Shown: piece by piece, positions 63,976-64,000 of the stretch
How positions within the stretch are numbered: the first letter of the stretch is position 1
Layout of the letters: every line of letters begins with the position of its first letter
NCBI GenBank assembly: GCA_964016885.1
Contig: OZ024740.1
Span: 216,132,001-216,196,000, forward strand
Direction of reading: 5' to 3'
Origin: Eledone cirrhosa
Lineage: Eukaryota
Length of the DNA: 64,000 nucleotides
The notes under the pieces: generated by a model
What the model saw: only the letters and a program-made list of their open reading frames with translations
The model's database searches: none
What the model was told of the DNA's origin: nothing
Position numbers and translations under genes: made by a program

Positions 63976-64000
63976 CTGGAATGGCAATGAAAGCCTTTTA

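Overview
This is AT-rich eukaryotic (animal) non-coding DNA with no recognisable host exon, so it is probably intronic or intergenic. It is almost entirely (TA)n/(CA)n/(GA)n microsatellites, minisatellites and transposable elements. The repeat mix suggests an octopus-type cephalopod genome (inference). Main contents: (i) Several RTE-clade LINE subfamilies, including a near-full-length copy (30622-34397, -) whose ~1076-codon APE-RT-PHD ORF is broken by one in-frame TGA. (ii) tRNA-derived SINEs, one with a chimeric tail from two RTE subfamilies. (iii) Mariner/Tc1 remnants and MITEs, a TTAA-targeting (piggyBac-like) MITE family, and CR1 and CRE-type LINE remnants. (iv) An unusual density of candidate self-cleaving RNAs: an HDV-like double pseudoknot with a hairpin inserted in L3 at the 5' end of a non-autonomous RTE derivative (45294-45473, -), and several Penelope-type minimal hammerheads inside long DNA palindromes (30163-30517, 50033-50295 and others). 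All RNA folds were paired by eye and need computational and experimental confirmation.
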